Source of the DNA: an uncultured Clostridia bacterium
GTDB taxonomy: Bacteria > Bacillota > Clostridia > TANB77 > CAG-508
Assembly (NCBI GenBank): GCA_934167685.1
Contig: CAKPLQ010000003.1
Span: 569-64,568 of the forward strand
DNA length: 64,000 nt
Reading direction: 5' to 3'
Below, piece after piece: positions 53,394 through 64,000 of this stretch. Below the pieces are notes generated by a model. That model searched no databases, was not told the origin of the DNA, and was given only the letters and a program-made list of their open reading frames with translations. The translations under genes and the position numbers were made by a program. Numbering within the stretch: the stretch's first letter is position 1; every line of letters starts with the position of its first letter.

Positions 53394-54491
53394 ATGAATA
53401 CATCAAAGACATTAGAAATATGTTCCAATTTAAATAACATATTAGAACAATATGGAAATATAAATTTTTTAAGTAAAGATGATTTATATTCATTAATTGA
53501 TTATATTAGAAATTGTTTTGAAATTAAGATTGATGAAATATTTAATGTAGTACAATTTTGCCAAAATAATTTCAGCGAGATTATAAACTATGACTTTCAT
53601 AAATTTAATGATAAAAAAATTGGTGGTTTTCTTATAAAAAATACTTTTCCAGTTGCGTCATACATTACAGTTAATTCTTCAAAAGAATTAGAAAGTGTTG
53701 CTTTTGACTTAACCCATGAAATGATGCATTTCTTATTACATCCGGAAAACAGAAAATACTATATTTCCTCTTCATTATGTGATATAGATAATTTCGAGTG
53801 GCAGGCAAACGAGGGAGCAGCAGAATTATTAGTCCCATATAAACATTTTATACCACTCTTTACAAAAAATATTAAACATTGTACTTCTAAAATGGATTAT
53901 ATTGAACTGCTGAACTATTTGTCAGATAAGTACAAAGTTTCTACTGCTGTATTAGAATATCGTATATCTGGTTTAAAATATGAGATTAATCAATACGAGA
54001 ATGGCACTCCCATAGATAAAATACAATTTTTATCTAAAAGAGCTCAAGAAGAACAAGGAATTTTTATAAAATCTTATAGTGAGATTTTTAATACAAAAAA
54101 AATCAAATTAAAATCCATTATTTCTCAGTTTCCTATTAGTCATTCTCTTGATAAACAAATTTGCAAATTAGAACTTGCTACTTCTTCACCTAGAATTGAA
54201 AATTGGAATGATTTTTTAAATTATTTAAAATCTTCTGGGAAAATAATGCTATATACTAATTTATTTAACACAGAATTATTACCTATTAATAAAAATACTG
54301 TAGGAATAAATTTTATAAATGGTTTCACATCTTTTAATAAAACCACTTTAAAAAGAGAGTCTAACATTAAACTGATTGAAACTCAAATACATACTATGTT
54401 TCATAAAAAAATGAATATAAAATTCATTGATAAATCTACTAGTATTGTAGATATCGAAACCTATAACAACTCTGATGATTTACCATTTTAA
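53394..54491 (+). CDS. ImmA/IrrE-family metalloprotease with a ~170-aa C-terminal extension
   Basis: 365 aa. HExxH (LTHEMMHFLLH) with a downstream ANEGAAELLVP. It lies directly after the XRE repressor, as in ImmR/ImmA pairs. The C-terminal half has no motif I can name. Confidence 0.7.
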   Translation: MNTSKTLEICSNLNNILEQYGNINFLSKDDLYSLIDYIRNCFEIKIDEIFNVVQFCQNNFSEIINYDFHKFNDKKIGGFLIKNTFPVASYITVNSSKELESVAFDLTHEMMHFLLHPENRKYYISSSLCDIDNFEWQANEGAAELLVPYKHFIPLFTKNIKHCTSKMDYIELLNYLSDKYKVSTAVLEYRISGLKYEINQYENGTPIDKIQFLSKRAQEEQGIFIKSYSEIFNTKKIKLKSIISQFPISHSLDKQICKLELATSSPRIENWNDFLNYLKSSGKIMLYTNLFNTELLPINKNTVGINFINGFTSFNKTTLKRESNIKLIETQIHTMFHKKMNIKFIDKSTSIVDIETYNNSDDLPF

Positions 54492-54551
54492 CAAAAAATT
54501 TTAAACTAAAGATAAGTAGCAATACTTATCTTATTTTTTAAGGAGGAAAAC

Positions 54552-55661
54552 ATGGCTAAGAAAACTAATTTTGAATCTAATGGAAAAGAATATTTTAGAA
54601 TAACAAAGACTATTGGTCACAAAGCTGATGGAACACCTATAAGAAAGCAATTCTATGGAACAGGGAAAAAAGAAGCTGAAGAAAAAGCTGAAGAATATAT
54701 AAATAAAATCAAAAATGGTATGTCTCTAGACTTTGAGAATGTAACTATTGATGAATTGATTTATAAATGGCTATTTCAAATAAAGAAAAACGAAGTAAAA
54801 CCTTCATCTTTTCAGTCATATGAAGGAATATATAGAAATTATATAAAAGATTCTGATATTTCAGGTTTAAAAGTATATACTACAAAATCTATTCAAATAC
54901 AAGAATATTACAATAAACTAGGAAAAAACAAAACATATTCTCAAATAAATAAATTAAACAAATTGCTAAAACAATTTTTTTCTTATGCAGAGCGTGAAGG
55001 TTTTATATTAAGAAACCCTTGTAACAATATAACTATTCCAAATAAAAGTGTTAAAAAAGGTGTTAAAGCTGATATTGAATATTTTAACGAAGATGAAATA
55101 AAACAATTAAAAGAAGCTTTTGCTGGCCATAAATTTGAGAATCTAATTTTGGTGGCTCTTGGAACTGGATTAAGACAAGGCGAATTATTAGCATTAAAAT
55201 GGGAAAATGTTAATCTTGAAGAAAAATACTTAGAAGTAAAAGAAACCGTAAAAAAAGTATATGTCTTTGATGACAATGGAAATAAACAATTAGAAACAAT
55301 ATATAATACTCCTAAAACGCAAAATTCAATTCGTAGAGTAGATTTACCTGATAAGCTAGTAGATATATTGTCTAATATAAAAAAAGAGTCAGAATTTGTT
55401 TTTAATGAGAATGGCGAACCTATTTCTGCTAAAACTTTATTTGGAAATTGGAAAAAAGTATTAAGTGCTAGTGAAATACCATATAAAAAGTTTCATAGCT
55501 TAAGACACACTTATGCTACTATGCTTTTGTCACATGGTGTAGACTTAAAAACAGTTCAAGACTTAATGGGACATTCTGATATAACAATTACACAAATATA
55601 TTTGCATGTGTTACCTAAGACAAAAATTGATGCTGTAAATAGAATAAATAGCCTATTATAG
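54552..55661 (+). CDS. int: Tyrosine integrase
   Basis: 369 aa. [10 protein letters not shown] and [13 protein letters not shown]...[16 protein letters not shown] give the R...HxxR...Y catalytic pattern. Adjacent to attR and the tRNA. Confidence 0.92.
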   Translation: MAKKTNFESNGKEYFRITKTIGHKADGTPIRKQFYGTGKKEAEEKAEEYINKIKNGMSLDFENVTIDELIYKWLFQIKKNEVKPSSFQSYEGIYRNYIKDSDISGLKVYTTKSIQIQEYYNKLGKNKTYSQINKLNKLLKQFFSYAEREGFILRNPCNNITIPNKSVKKGVKADIEYFNEDEIKQLKEAFAGHKFENLILVALGTGLRQGELLALKWENVNLEEKYLEVKETVKKVYVFDDNGNKQLETIYNTPKTQNSIRRVDLPDKLVDILSNIKKESEFVFNENGEPISAKTLFGNWKKVLSASEIPYKKFHSLRHTYATMLLSHGVDLKTVQDLMGHSDITITQIYLHVLPKTKIDAVNRINSLL

Positions 55662-55663
55662 TC

Positions 55664-55689
55664 AAACTAAAGTGTTAAAAAAGTGTTAA
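55664..55689 (+). repeat. Putative integrase arm-type site (right arm copy)
   Basis: Identical 26-mer to 13593-13618, 53 nt from the core repeat. Confidence 0.55.
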
Positions 55690-55742
55690 ACGTAAAAATA
55701 GAGCATCAAGGTTATTCTTTGTAACCGTTGATACTCTAAGTT

Positions 55743-55784
55743 TATAATATATTGGTGACCCCTACGGGAATCGAACCCATGATT
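55743..55784. repeat. attR-type junction (core overlapping the tRNA 3' end)
   Basis: Identical 42-mer to 13454-13495. Bases 55753-55784 are the last 32 nt of tRNA-Glu. Confidence 0.9.
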
Positions 55785-55827
55785 CCACCTTGAGAGGGTG
55801 GCGTCTTAACCGCTTGACCAAGGGGCC
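55753..55827 (-). tRNA. tRNA-Glu (anticodon CUC)
   Basis: Minus-strand sequence GGCCCCTTGGTCAAGCGGTTAAGACGCCACCCTCTCAAGGTGGAATCATGGGTTCGATTCCCGTAGGGGTCACCA. Folded by hand: 7-bp acceptor stem, anticodon stem CCACC/GGTGG with loop CT-CTC-AA, T-arm ATGGG/CCCGT with loop TTCGATT, and an encoded CCA. Confidence 0.9.
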
Positions 55828-55844
55828 AATAAAATTACTCTATA

Positions 55845-55873
55845 TTTATATCATAATTTTAACCATTGGTCAA
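55845..55873 (-). promoter_or_regulatory. Promoter of tRNA-Glu
   Basis: On the minus strand: TTGACC (55873-55868), a 17-nt spacer, then TATAAA (55850-55845). It lies ~18 nt upstream of the mature 5' end. Confidence 0.6.
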
Positions 55874-55883
55874 GTGATTTTTT

Positions 55884-58205
55884 CTATTTTTTCTTTTTCT
55901 TGAAATTAACAACAATTGCATCTTCATTATCAAATTCAAAATCAGCATCTGTATTATTAATTTGAACTGGATTAAATTCATCTCTTTCATCTGTAAAATC
56001 TATATGTTTAGGGTCAAATTTGGGCTTTGTAACTTCATCAGAATCTCCTTCGTTTGCTACACCTGGAGTAAATCTAGAGAAATTATATATTTTTATAGAC
56101 TGTTCTTCTTTATATTTAGAAGCTATAAAATCAAATCTTCCTTCGCCTACATTAATCTTACCATTTTCTTCTTTCAATTTCACTGCCGCTGTTTTAAAAG
56201 CCATGGTAGCTAATTTATTCATCTTAAAGTAATTTGTCCAATCATATTTAACATCTGAATATTTTGAATCATACTCTAATTTATTCATATCCATATTATT
56301 CTTATATTTCCAATCTCTCTTCAATGCTAATTCTTTTTCCCACCATTCTAAGTCTTCTGGTGTTCCATTGCCGACAAATATTTTATTAGCACAATTTGAA
56401 AGAATAGTTTCTTTATATTTCATATCTGGAACATTTCCTTCTAATTGAGATAAGTTTTGTGCTGTAATTGCAGCAGCTACTTTATATTTACGATATAATG
56501 TAAATATTGCTTCAGTATCTTTGCATATAAAATCTGGAAACTCATCAATATATAAGAAATGTGGAATTCTACTATTTTCATTTCCTGCTCTTCTTAGAAC
56601 TGCATTCTGCATTGATAATATAAAGAATAATCCAAATGCTCTATGTGTAGTTCTACCTAAGTCTCCTCTACGAGTACAAACTAATGTAATTTCTCCATTT
56701 TCTAATGCTTTGTCAAAATCTATATTGTCATTTCTATTACACAATATATTTTTTACTCCTGGTAATCTTAGAATATTATCTAACTGAGCCACAGCAATAT
56801 AAATATCTTTTTCCGTTTCTGTTCTTGCAGGACTATTTGCATAAAAGTTCTTTTTAAAATATCTAATTTGAGCACTATATTTTTTAGAAAGCTCCTCATC
56901 AGCATTCATTATTTCAGACATTTTTTGAACTAAATCAAAATTAGTAAGCATTTTTAATAAATCTTCCAAATTAGGTATTTTTCCATCATTAATTCTTGGA
57001 TACATTTCTTTTAGCATTATTGATATATTTTCTAAAGCTTGAATAATAAATTCTTCTCTATACATTTCTTCTTTTTCTAAACTTGAACTTGAAAACATAC
57101 CTTTTAATACTGATGATATAGTTACTGCAATTTTAGTTGGGTCATCATATACAAATGGGTTTAAACCTTTAGAATTTGGATTTGAAGGGTCTATAATATT
57201 ACACTTTATATGATAATTTTTGCATACCTTCATTATTCTTGAAACAGACTCAAAGTCAGGTGAAACTAGTGTTAGTCCAAGATTTCTATATATAATTTCA
57301 TCATCAAATGCAGATAAAATCATTTTTTTCATATATGCTTTGTATACTGCTTCTTTTCCAGTAACTGGAGCTATCATATTTAAATTAAAATTCTCATTTA
57401 AATATTCATTGTCATATGGTCTATTTAATATTGCAATTCCTGTTTTTAAAGCTGTATATCCCATTTCTTTAGCATTTGCAATATAAAATGCCTTTTTTTC
57501 TATATCTTTAGCCATCATAGGCTCTAGTATTAATGATGTTTTTCCGGAGCCAGAACCACCACATGCCAATAATGATAGGTATCTGCTTTTTTCATAAAAC
57601 ATCATCTTCTTACCTGTTTCAAAATCATTGCATAAAAGCATATCACAGGTAAATGGTCCATGCCCAGATTTAGTATCCGCTAAACTTATTCCTTTATAGT
57701 CCCAAATAGACCTTGTTTGGTCTTTGCTATCTAATATACCTAAACGTATCCATTTAAAAACTCCATAAAATGTTGTTAATGGTAAATATAATGCTAATGC
57801 TGTAAGTGCTGGTCTAATAAGTTCTGAATAATTTGTTACCAAATCAGTATAACCAGGTAATGCTATTAGAAATAGCCAAACTCCTCTATTGGTCCACTGA
57901 ACAAACATTGATAATGCTATTATATATAATGCAACCGCATATGTAAGAAATAACGTTACTTTCATGCTTTTGCTTGTTGCAAATTCAGATGGGGGTGCAA
58001 ATAAATATGCAAATACTGGGCATGCCAATGCCAATGTATATTGAAATGGTCCCCAATATGATACAGATACTCCTGTAAATATCATAAATAGCATTTCTAC
58101 AAGCCTATCTACAATAATATATATTGATATTAAAGTTAATACATATGTTGCAAATGTATTTCTACTTGCATGTATTTTTTTCAAAAATTTATCTATTATC
58201 TTCAT
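55884..58205 (-). CDS. Orphan type IV coupling protein-like (VirD4/TraG/TraD family) membrane ATPase
   Basis: 773 aa. About 5 N-terminal TM helices, Walker A LLACGGSGSGKTS, GLNPF, Walker B HFLYIDEFPDF, and a charged, low-complexity C-terminal tail. Confidence 0.7.
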   Translation of the reverse strand: MKIIDKFLKKIHASRNTFATYVLTLISIYIIVDRLVEMLFMIFTGVSVSYWGPFQYTLALACPVFAYLFAPPSEFATSKSMKVTLFLTYAVALYIIALSMFVQWTNRGVWLFLIALPGYTDLVTNYSELIRPALTALALYLPLTTFYGVFKWIRLGILDSKDQTRSIWDYKGISLADTKSGHGPFTCDMLLCNDFETGKKMMFYEKSRYLSLLACGGSGSGKTSLILEPMMAKDIEKKAFYIANAKEMGYTALKTGIAILNRPYDNEYLNENFNLNMIAPVTGKEAVYKAYMKKMILSAFDDEIIYRNLGLTLVSPDFESVSRIMKVCKNYHIKCNIIDPSNPNSKGLNPFVYDDPTKIAVTISSVLKGMFSSSSLEKEEMYREEFIIQALENISIMLKEMYPRINDGKIPNLEDLLKMLTNFDLVQKMSEIMNADEELSKKYSAQIRYFKKNFYANSPARTETEKDIYIAVAQLDNILRLPGVKNILCNRNDNIDFDKALENGEITLVCTRRGDLGRTTHRAFGLFFILSMQNAVLRRAGNENSRIPHFLYIDEFPDFICKDTEAIFTLYRKYKVAAAITAQNLSQLEGNVPDMKYKETILSNCANKIFVGNGTPEDLEWWEKELALKRDWKYKNNMDMNKLEYDSKYSDVKYDWTNYFKMNKLATMAFKTAAVKLKEENGKINVGEGRFDFIASKYKEEQSIKIYNFSRFTPGVANEGDSDEVTKPKFDPKHIDFTDERDEFNPVQINNTDADFEFDNEDAIVVNFKKKKK

Positions 58206-58273
58206 TCCACTTTTATTCCTTTCTAGTATATTATCTTACAAATTCTCCAAAAAAACAAGTTTTTTCGTTAAAT

Positions 58274-59128
58274 TTATAAGAATAGTTCTAATATTATACC
58301 AGCTAATACTCCTATTAAATATAATAGACCAACTATACTCATATTTTCTTTTATATTTTTATTTGTCTTAAACAAGACTAACAATCCAACTCCAGCATTT
58401 ACTGCAACCCCTGATATTAATATCGGCATTGAAATTACTTTTTCGATAAATAATTCTGTTATTATTACAGATGATGCACAATTTGGAATCAATCCAATTA
58501 AACCAGCTATAACAGGCCCCAATATTACGTTTTTACTTATAAAATGTGCAATTGTTTCTTCTCCTATACATGTAATTATACTATTAAGAATTAGTGTAAT
58601 TATGAATATAAATATTGTTATATTTATAGTATGTTTTAAGGCAGATGGAACAATCCCTTCATCACAATGACAATGTTCATGCTCGCACAATTCTTCAATT
58701 TGTTGTTCTTCATCTTTGTCTTTTTTTATTATATTAAAAACAATATCTACTAAAAATCCAGCGATTATACCTATCAATAATTTTATACACAAAATTGTTA
58801 ATATTGTACTTATTGGAACAGATTCTGTAAGTAAAATCGGTAACATTTCATCTGATGTAGTTAAATATACTGCAATTAATGTTCCAATTGTAATCACTTT
58901 GCCTGCATATAAATTAGTTGCAGATACAGAAAAACCACATTGAGGGAAAATTCCAACCACTGCCCCTAACAATGGTCCAAATTTTCCGGATTTTTTTATA
59001 GTTTCTCGTAATTTATTGCTTGTTTTATGTTCTATATATTCCATTATTAAATACGTTATAAATAAAAATGGTATTAGTTTTATCGTATCTATTGCCGTAT
59101 CTTGCAATATATTTAATATAGTTTGCAT
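58274..59128 (-). CDS. ArsP_2-type putative metal permease (10-TM family)
   Basis: 284 aa, polytopic. FPQCGFSVSATNLY and LIPNCASSV half-repeats, with a His/Cys-rich loop CEHEHCHCDEG. Confidence 0.6.
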   Translation of the reverse strand: MQTILNILQDTAIDTIKLIPFLFITYLIMEYIEHKTSNKLRETIKKSGKFGPLLGAVVGIFPQCGFSVSATNLYAGKVITIGTLIAVYLTTSDEMLPILLTESVPISTILTILCIKLLIGIIAGFLVDIVFNIIKKDKDEEQQIEELCEHEHCHCDEGIVPSALKHTINITIFIFIITLILNSIITCIGEETIAHFISKNVILGPVIAGLIGLIPNCASSVIITELFIEKVISMPILISGVAVNAGVGLLVLFKTNKNIKENMSIVGLLYLIGVLAGIILELFL

Positions 59129-59143
59129 TTTTTCCTCCTAATT

Positions 59144-60427
<1,284 letters not shown>

Positions 60428-60430
60428 TTA

Positions 60431-61441
60431 TTATTCAAAATAATCTAATTTCATAGCTTTTTTTACTTTTTTCATTGTTTCTTTTGCTGTTTGTCTAGCC
60501 TTTTCGGTTCCTTTTATTAGTATTTCGTCTACTAATTCTGGTCTTTCTTCATAATATTTTCTTTTTTCTCTTATTGGTTCAAGTGTCGCATTTATATTTT
60601 TTGCTAATTGTTTTTTACATACTACACAACCTCTTTTTCCTGCTCTGCATTCCTCACATACTGTGTTATACTCTTCTTTTGGTGTAAATAAGTTATGATA
60701 GTATGACACCATACATATATCAGGATTTCCTAAGTCGTCTTTTTTTATTCTATTAGGGTCTGTTACTGCACTCATTACCTTTTTGTTTACTTCTTCTTCT
60801 GTATCTGATAAGTAAATTGCATTTCCTAATGATTTTCCCATTTTTTCGTTTCCATCTAATCCCTTTATTCTTTTTTCTTTTGATAATACAGCTTCTGGCT
60901 CTACTAATACTTCTCCATATATGCTATTGAACTTTCTTACTATTTCTCTGCATTGTTCAATTAATGGTAATTGGTCTTCTCCTACTGGCACAACTGTTCC
61001 TTCTAGTGCTGTTATATCTGCTGCCTGACTTACTGGATACCCTAAAAATCCATATGTTACGCTTTCTCCGAATATATTTCTTTTTTGTGCAATTTCTGTT
61101 TTTACTGTTGGGTTTCTTTCTAGTCTTGCTATTGTTACTAAATTAGAATAAAATACTGTTAATTCTGCAATTTCTGGTATCATTGATTGTATATATATTG
61201 TTGTTTTTTCAGGATTTATTCCTACTGATAAATAATCCATTACAACTTCTCTTACATTTTTTCTTACTTTTTCTGGATTGTTGAAATTGTCTGTTAATGC
61301 TTGAACATCTGCTACTAATATGTATTGTTCATATTCTCCTGAATCCTGTAATATTACTCTATTCTTTAATGAACCAAAATAATGACCAATATGTAATCTT
61401 CCTGTTGGTCTATCTCCTGTTACTATTCTTTTTTTATTCAT
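60431..61441 (-). CDS. trpS: Tryptophan--tRNA ligase
   Basis: 336 aa. TGRLHIGHY (HIGH) and KMGKS (KMSKS), with a Cys cluster near the C-terminus. Confidence 0.92.
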   Translation of the reverse strand: MNKKRIVTGDRPTGRLHIGHYFGSLKNRVILQDSGEYEQYILVADVQALTDNFNNPEKVRKNVREVVMDYLSVGINPEKTTIYIQSMIPEIAELTVFYSNLVTIARLERNPTVKTEIAQKRNIFGESVTYGFLGYPVSQAADITALEGTVVPVGEDQLPLIEQCREIVRKFNSIYGEVLVEPEAVLSKEKRIKGLDGNEKMGKSLGNAIYLSDTEEEVNKKVMSAVTDPNRIKKDDLGNPDICMVSYYHNLFTPKEEYNTVCEECRAGKRGCVVCKKQLAKNINATLEPIREKRKYYEERPELVDEILIKGTEKARQTAKETMKKVKKAMKLDYFE

Positions 61442-61521
61442 TATATCTCAATCCTTTCACTTCACTTGCATAATTTTCCTAATATATTATACTATAATAT
61501 TTAATAAAAATAAAGAGATTT

Positions 61522-61560
61522 CTTAAAAAAAATAAAGACCCACTGTATTTACAGCAGGTC
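61522..61560 (-). terminator. Rho-independent terminator
   Basis: On the minus-strand RNA, GACCUGCUGU pairs with ACAGUGGGUC (two G-U pairs), followed by UUUAUUUUUUUU. Confidence 0.7.
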
Positions 61561-61569
61561 TGCGCTTTT

Positions 61570-61932
61570 TTACATTTCATTTTTGGTTAACGGGCATAAC
61601 GGGCATAACGCCATTACCTCTTTTCCTGATGAGATAACGCATTTTATTTCCCATTCTCTTGACTCGAGTTCTTTTTTTAGCCGACACATAGCTAACTTCC
61701 TAATCTCGTTAGCCATTTGCGGGAATTTTATCCAAGGAGTTTTTTTCAACTCCTCTTCCATTAATTTCTCCATTTCTTCTTTATCTATAATTATGAAGAA
61801 ATTTTCACAGAATTGAGCAAATCCCTTTTCCTCCATCTCGCTCAGGTAATTAAATGCTGCTTTCATTAAAGCATTTGCAGCATTCCATAAGTTTGACTCT
61901 CTGCTCATTATAAGTTGTTTTGAATCTTTCAT
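61570..61932 (-). CDS. Hypothetical protein, short paralog of 62089-62700
   Basis: 120 aa. KFPQMANEIRKLAMCRLKKELESREWEI aligns with KFPNIFNEIWKKVFKGLKEELVRYGYKI of the neighbouring gene. Confidence 0.55.
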   Translation of the reverse strand: MKDSKQLIMSRESNLWNAANALMKAAFNYLSEMEEKGFAQFCENFFIIIDKEEMEKLMEEELKKTPWIKFPQMANEIRKLAMCRLKKELESREWEIKCVISSGKEVMALCPLCPLTKNEM

Positions 61933-61973
61933 TTTCTCCTCCTGAAAAAAGCTTTACTCTGTTTACATTTTTA

Positions 61974-62002
61974 ATTATACCACATTATGTTTACTTTTGC
62001 AA
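61974..62002 (-). promoter_or_regulatory. Sigma-A-type promoter
   Basis: On the minus strand: TTGCAA (62002-61997), a 17-nt spacer, then TATAAT (61979-61974). Confidence 0.65.
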
Positions 62003-62088
62003 GTGTTTCAACTTTTACCATATATTAATTATACTTATCATAACCATAATTTAAAAAAATAGGGCCTGTAATACAAGCCCCTGTAACT

Positions 62089-62700
62089 TTAATCTTCTTC
62101 CATTTCTTCTTCAATTTCCTCATATTCTTCAGATTCTTCGATTTCCTCTGCATCTTCGATATCTTTTTCCTCTTCAGATTCATCATCTTCTTTTTCTTCT
62201 ATCATCATTGAGTCTTCTTTTTTCGGCTCTTCTAAAAAATCAGAAGAAGATTCTGTTATTCCTTCATCTTGTGCAAAAAATTTTTTTATTTTTTGAAACA
62301 GGCCCTCTTTCTCTCCTAATTCTATTTCTATTAAATCCGAACTCATTTCAGCTATACCAAAATTATCTTTACGTCTAGTATAACCGATTTTATAACCGTA
62401 TCGAACTAATTCTTCTTTTAGCCCTTTAAATACTTTTTTCCATATTTCATTAAATATATTCGGAAATTTTTCTGCCAAATCCTTTTGATCATTTTCCTCA
62501 AAAACTTCTTGAAACATGGATTCTATAGAATTTTGTTGTATTGGAATAAATTGATTTTCCCAATATTCCCATTGATTCTGTTCGACTTTTTTTTCTAACA
62601 TTTCAAAAGTCCGTTTTTGAATTTCATTAGAAACTTTATCAATCCATTCTCCTCTTTCCATCATTATGTCTGCTTCTTTTTTCATGTTGTCATCCTCCAT
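62089..62700 (-). CDS. Hypothetical protein with a poly-acidic C-terminal tail
   Basis: 203 aa. The last ~50 aa are mostly E/D. Confidence 0.55.
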   Translation of the reverse strand: MEDDNMKKEADIMMERGEWIDKVSNEIQKRTFEMLEKKVEQNQWEYWENQFIPIQQNSIESMFQEVFEENDQKDLAEKFPNIFNEIWKKVFKGLKEELVRYGYKIGYTRRKDNFGIAEMSSDLIEIELGEKEGLFQKIKKFFAQDEGITESSSDFLEEPKKEDSMMIEEKEDDESEEEKDIEDAEEIEESEEYEEIEEEMEED

Positions 62701-62752
62701 TTTTGCATGAATTACAATATTTTCTTGTAATCTTTAAACGAGTTACTTTATA

Positions 62753-62781
62753 AGTATATCACATTATGTTACTCTTTGCAA
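62753..62781 (-). promoter_or_regulatory. Sigma-A-type promoter (paralogous to 61974-62002)
   Basis: On the minus strand: TTGCAA, a 17-nt spacer, then TATACT. The spacer shares AACATAATGTG with the other promoter. Confidence 0.6.
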
Positions 62782-62819
62782 GAAAAAACGCCAATTTGGC
62801 GTTTCTCTATTTTTCGTTT

Positions 62820-63983
62820 TTATCCAAATAGTCCTCTCTTTTTTATAGGAGGCTGTTCATTCATTGATATAGCCAGTTTTTCTAATAACTCTCTCTGTTC
62901 CTTATTAAGACGTTTAGGAGTTTGAACTGTAACTGTGAACACAAAATTTCCTCTAGCAGAAGAATTTAAAGATATAAATCCTCTATCTCTTATAATAAAT
63001 TTAGTTCCTGTTTGAGTCCCTTCTGGAATAGTATAATTTTCTATACTTCCATCAACCATAGGTATTTTTAAAGTTGCTCCTAATGTAGCTTGAGTAATCG
63101 TTATGGGCACTTCGCATATTACAGTAGTTCCTTGTCTTGTATATACATTACTTTTCTTCATTTTTATAGTTATGTATAAATCTCCTTTAGGTCCACCTTT
63201 TTCTCCTGGTTCTCCTTCTCCTCTTAATACTACTGTTTGATTATTATCTATACCTGCTGGGATTTTAACTTTTATTTTAGCTTGTTTTCTAACAGTTCCT
63301 TTACCTTTACAATTATCGCAAGGTTCTTTTATTATTTCACCAGTACCATGACATGCCGTACATGTTCTAGTTGTTTGCATTTGACCAAGTATTGTATTTT
63401 GAACTTGTTTTACTGTTCCTGTTCCATTACATGTTGGACATTTCGTAACAGATGTCCCAGGTTTTGCACCTGAACCATGACAAATACTACATGTTTCGGG
63501 TCTTGTAATTGATATTTCTTTTTCAACCCCTAAAAATGCCTCTTCAAATGTAATATCCATATTTAGGTTAAGATCTGCACCTTTCCTTGGGCCACGTTGA
63601 GCTTGTGCTCTTGCACCAGTTCTTGCACCTCCACCAAAGAATGATGAAAATATATCTCCTAAGTCTCCAAAATCTGAGAATCCATCAAAGCCAGAAGATG
63701 TGTAAGAATAATAATTTCCTCCGCCAAATGGTCCTCCTGCTCCTCCGAATCCTTGTGGATCTACAGTTCCAAATTGATCATACATTTTTCTTTTTTGTGG
63801 ATTTGATAGCACTTCATAAGCTTCATTTACTTCTTTAAATTTTGCTTCTGCTTCTGCTTTATTATCAGGGTTCGCATCTGGATGATATTTTTTGGCCATT
63901 TTTCTATATGCCTTTTTTAATTCTTCATCTGTTGCATTTTTTTGAACTCCTAATATCTCATAATAATCTTTTTTTGCAGCCAT
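62820..63983 (-). CDS. dnaJ: Chaperone DnaJ
   Basis: 387 aa. J domain (DYYEILGV...HPD), a G/F-rich linker, and four CxxCxGxG zinc-finger repeats. Confidence 0.95.
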   Translation of the reverse strand: MAAKKDYYEILGVQKNATDEELKKAYRKMAKKYHPDANPDNKAEAEAKFKEVNEAYEVLSNPQKRKMYDQFGTVDPQGFGGAGGPFGGGNYYSYTSSGFDGFSDFGDLGDIFSSFFGGGARTGARAQAQRGPRKGADLNLNMDITFEEAFLGVEKEISITRPETCSICHGSGAKPGTSVTKCPTCNGTGTVKQVQNTILGQMQTTRTCTACHGTGEIIKEPCDNCKGKGTVRKQAKIKVKIPAGIDNNQTVVLRGEGEPGEKGGPKGDLYITIKMKKSNVYTRQGTTVICEVPITITQATLGATLKIPMVDGSIENYTIPEGTQTGTKFIIRDRGFISLNSSARGNFVFTVTVQTPKRLNKEQRELLEKLAISMNEQPPIKKRGLFG

Positions 63984-64000
63984 CTATTTCACCTCTTTAT

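Larger units (their letters stand above)
13454..55784. mobile_element. Siphovirus-type prophage integrated in tRNA-Glu(CUC), probably defective
   Basis: 42-bp perfect direct repeats at both ends, and a tyrosine integrase next to the intact tRNA. Lysogeny, recombination/replication, packaging, head, tail and lysis modules are all present. terL is frameshifted. Confidence 0.92.

Noticed and set aside
61442-61569. Possible T-box leader upstream of trpS
   Set aside because: Only ~130 nt are available. Part of that is the terminator of the upstream gene, and I found no specifier-loop or T-box (AGAGA...GGTGGTACCGCG-like) sequence.
61590-61607. 9-bp tandem duplication ACGGGCATA x2
   Set aside because: It is a trivial in-frame duplication encoding CPLCPL at a protein C-terminus and is too short to count as a repeat element. 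It is mentioned only under the paralog finding.

Overview
This is an AT-rich chromosomal segment from a Firmicute that looks Clostridia-like. A cwlJ-gerQ pair marks it as a spore former. A ~42.3 kb siphovirus-type prophage (13454-55784) interrupts it. The prophage sits in the 3' end of a tRNA-Glu(CUC) gene and is bounded by a perfect 42-bp direct repeat.

Left flank (1-13453): two-component system, orphan DUF1064 gene, GT51 transglycosylase, dgkA, a pta-ack-ack cluster, cwlJ-gerQ, peroxiredoxin, and a Ca-type P-type ATPase.

Right flank (55785-64000): tRNA-Glu, an orphan T4CP (VirD4/TraG)-like ATPase, an ArsP_2-type permease, obg, trpS, two paralogous small genes, and dnaJ.

The prophage has the normal modular order: int, ImmA-like protease, cI / cro, antirepressor, recombination (Gp157, ERF, NinB-like), DnaD-type replication, many small ORFs, ArpU-type late regulator, terS/terL, portal, MuF, scaffold, capsid, connectors, tail, tape measure, fibers, XhlA-holin-amidase.

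terL is clearly split by a 1-nt insertion. Five more genes look disrupted in the same way (length 3n+1), while about 21 kb of flanking host genes are intact. This points to a decaying prophage or to indel errors in the assembly.

Loci most worth follow-up:
- An attL-proximal cassette with a duplicated operator palindrome, a small XRE gene, and a consensus-promoter-driven 2-TM protein.
- An opposite-strand moron plus a TM2-domain gene inserted between the tape-measure and tail-chaperone genes.
- A MuF protein with a C-terminal HExxH (anthrax-LF-like) domain and a possible immunity gene.
- An ImmA-like protease with a long C-terminal extension.
- Putative integrase arm sites.
- The orphan T4CP-like ATPase.

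No CRISPR array, rRNA or transposase was seen. All calls come from reading the sequence and the ORF track by eye. No database search was run.
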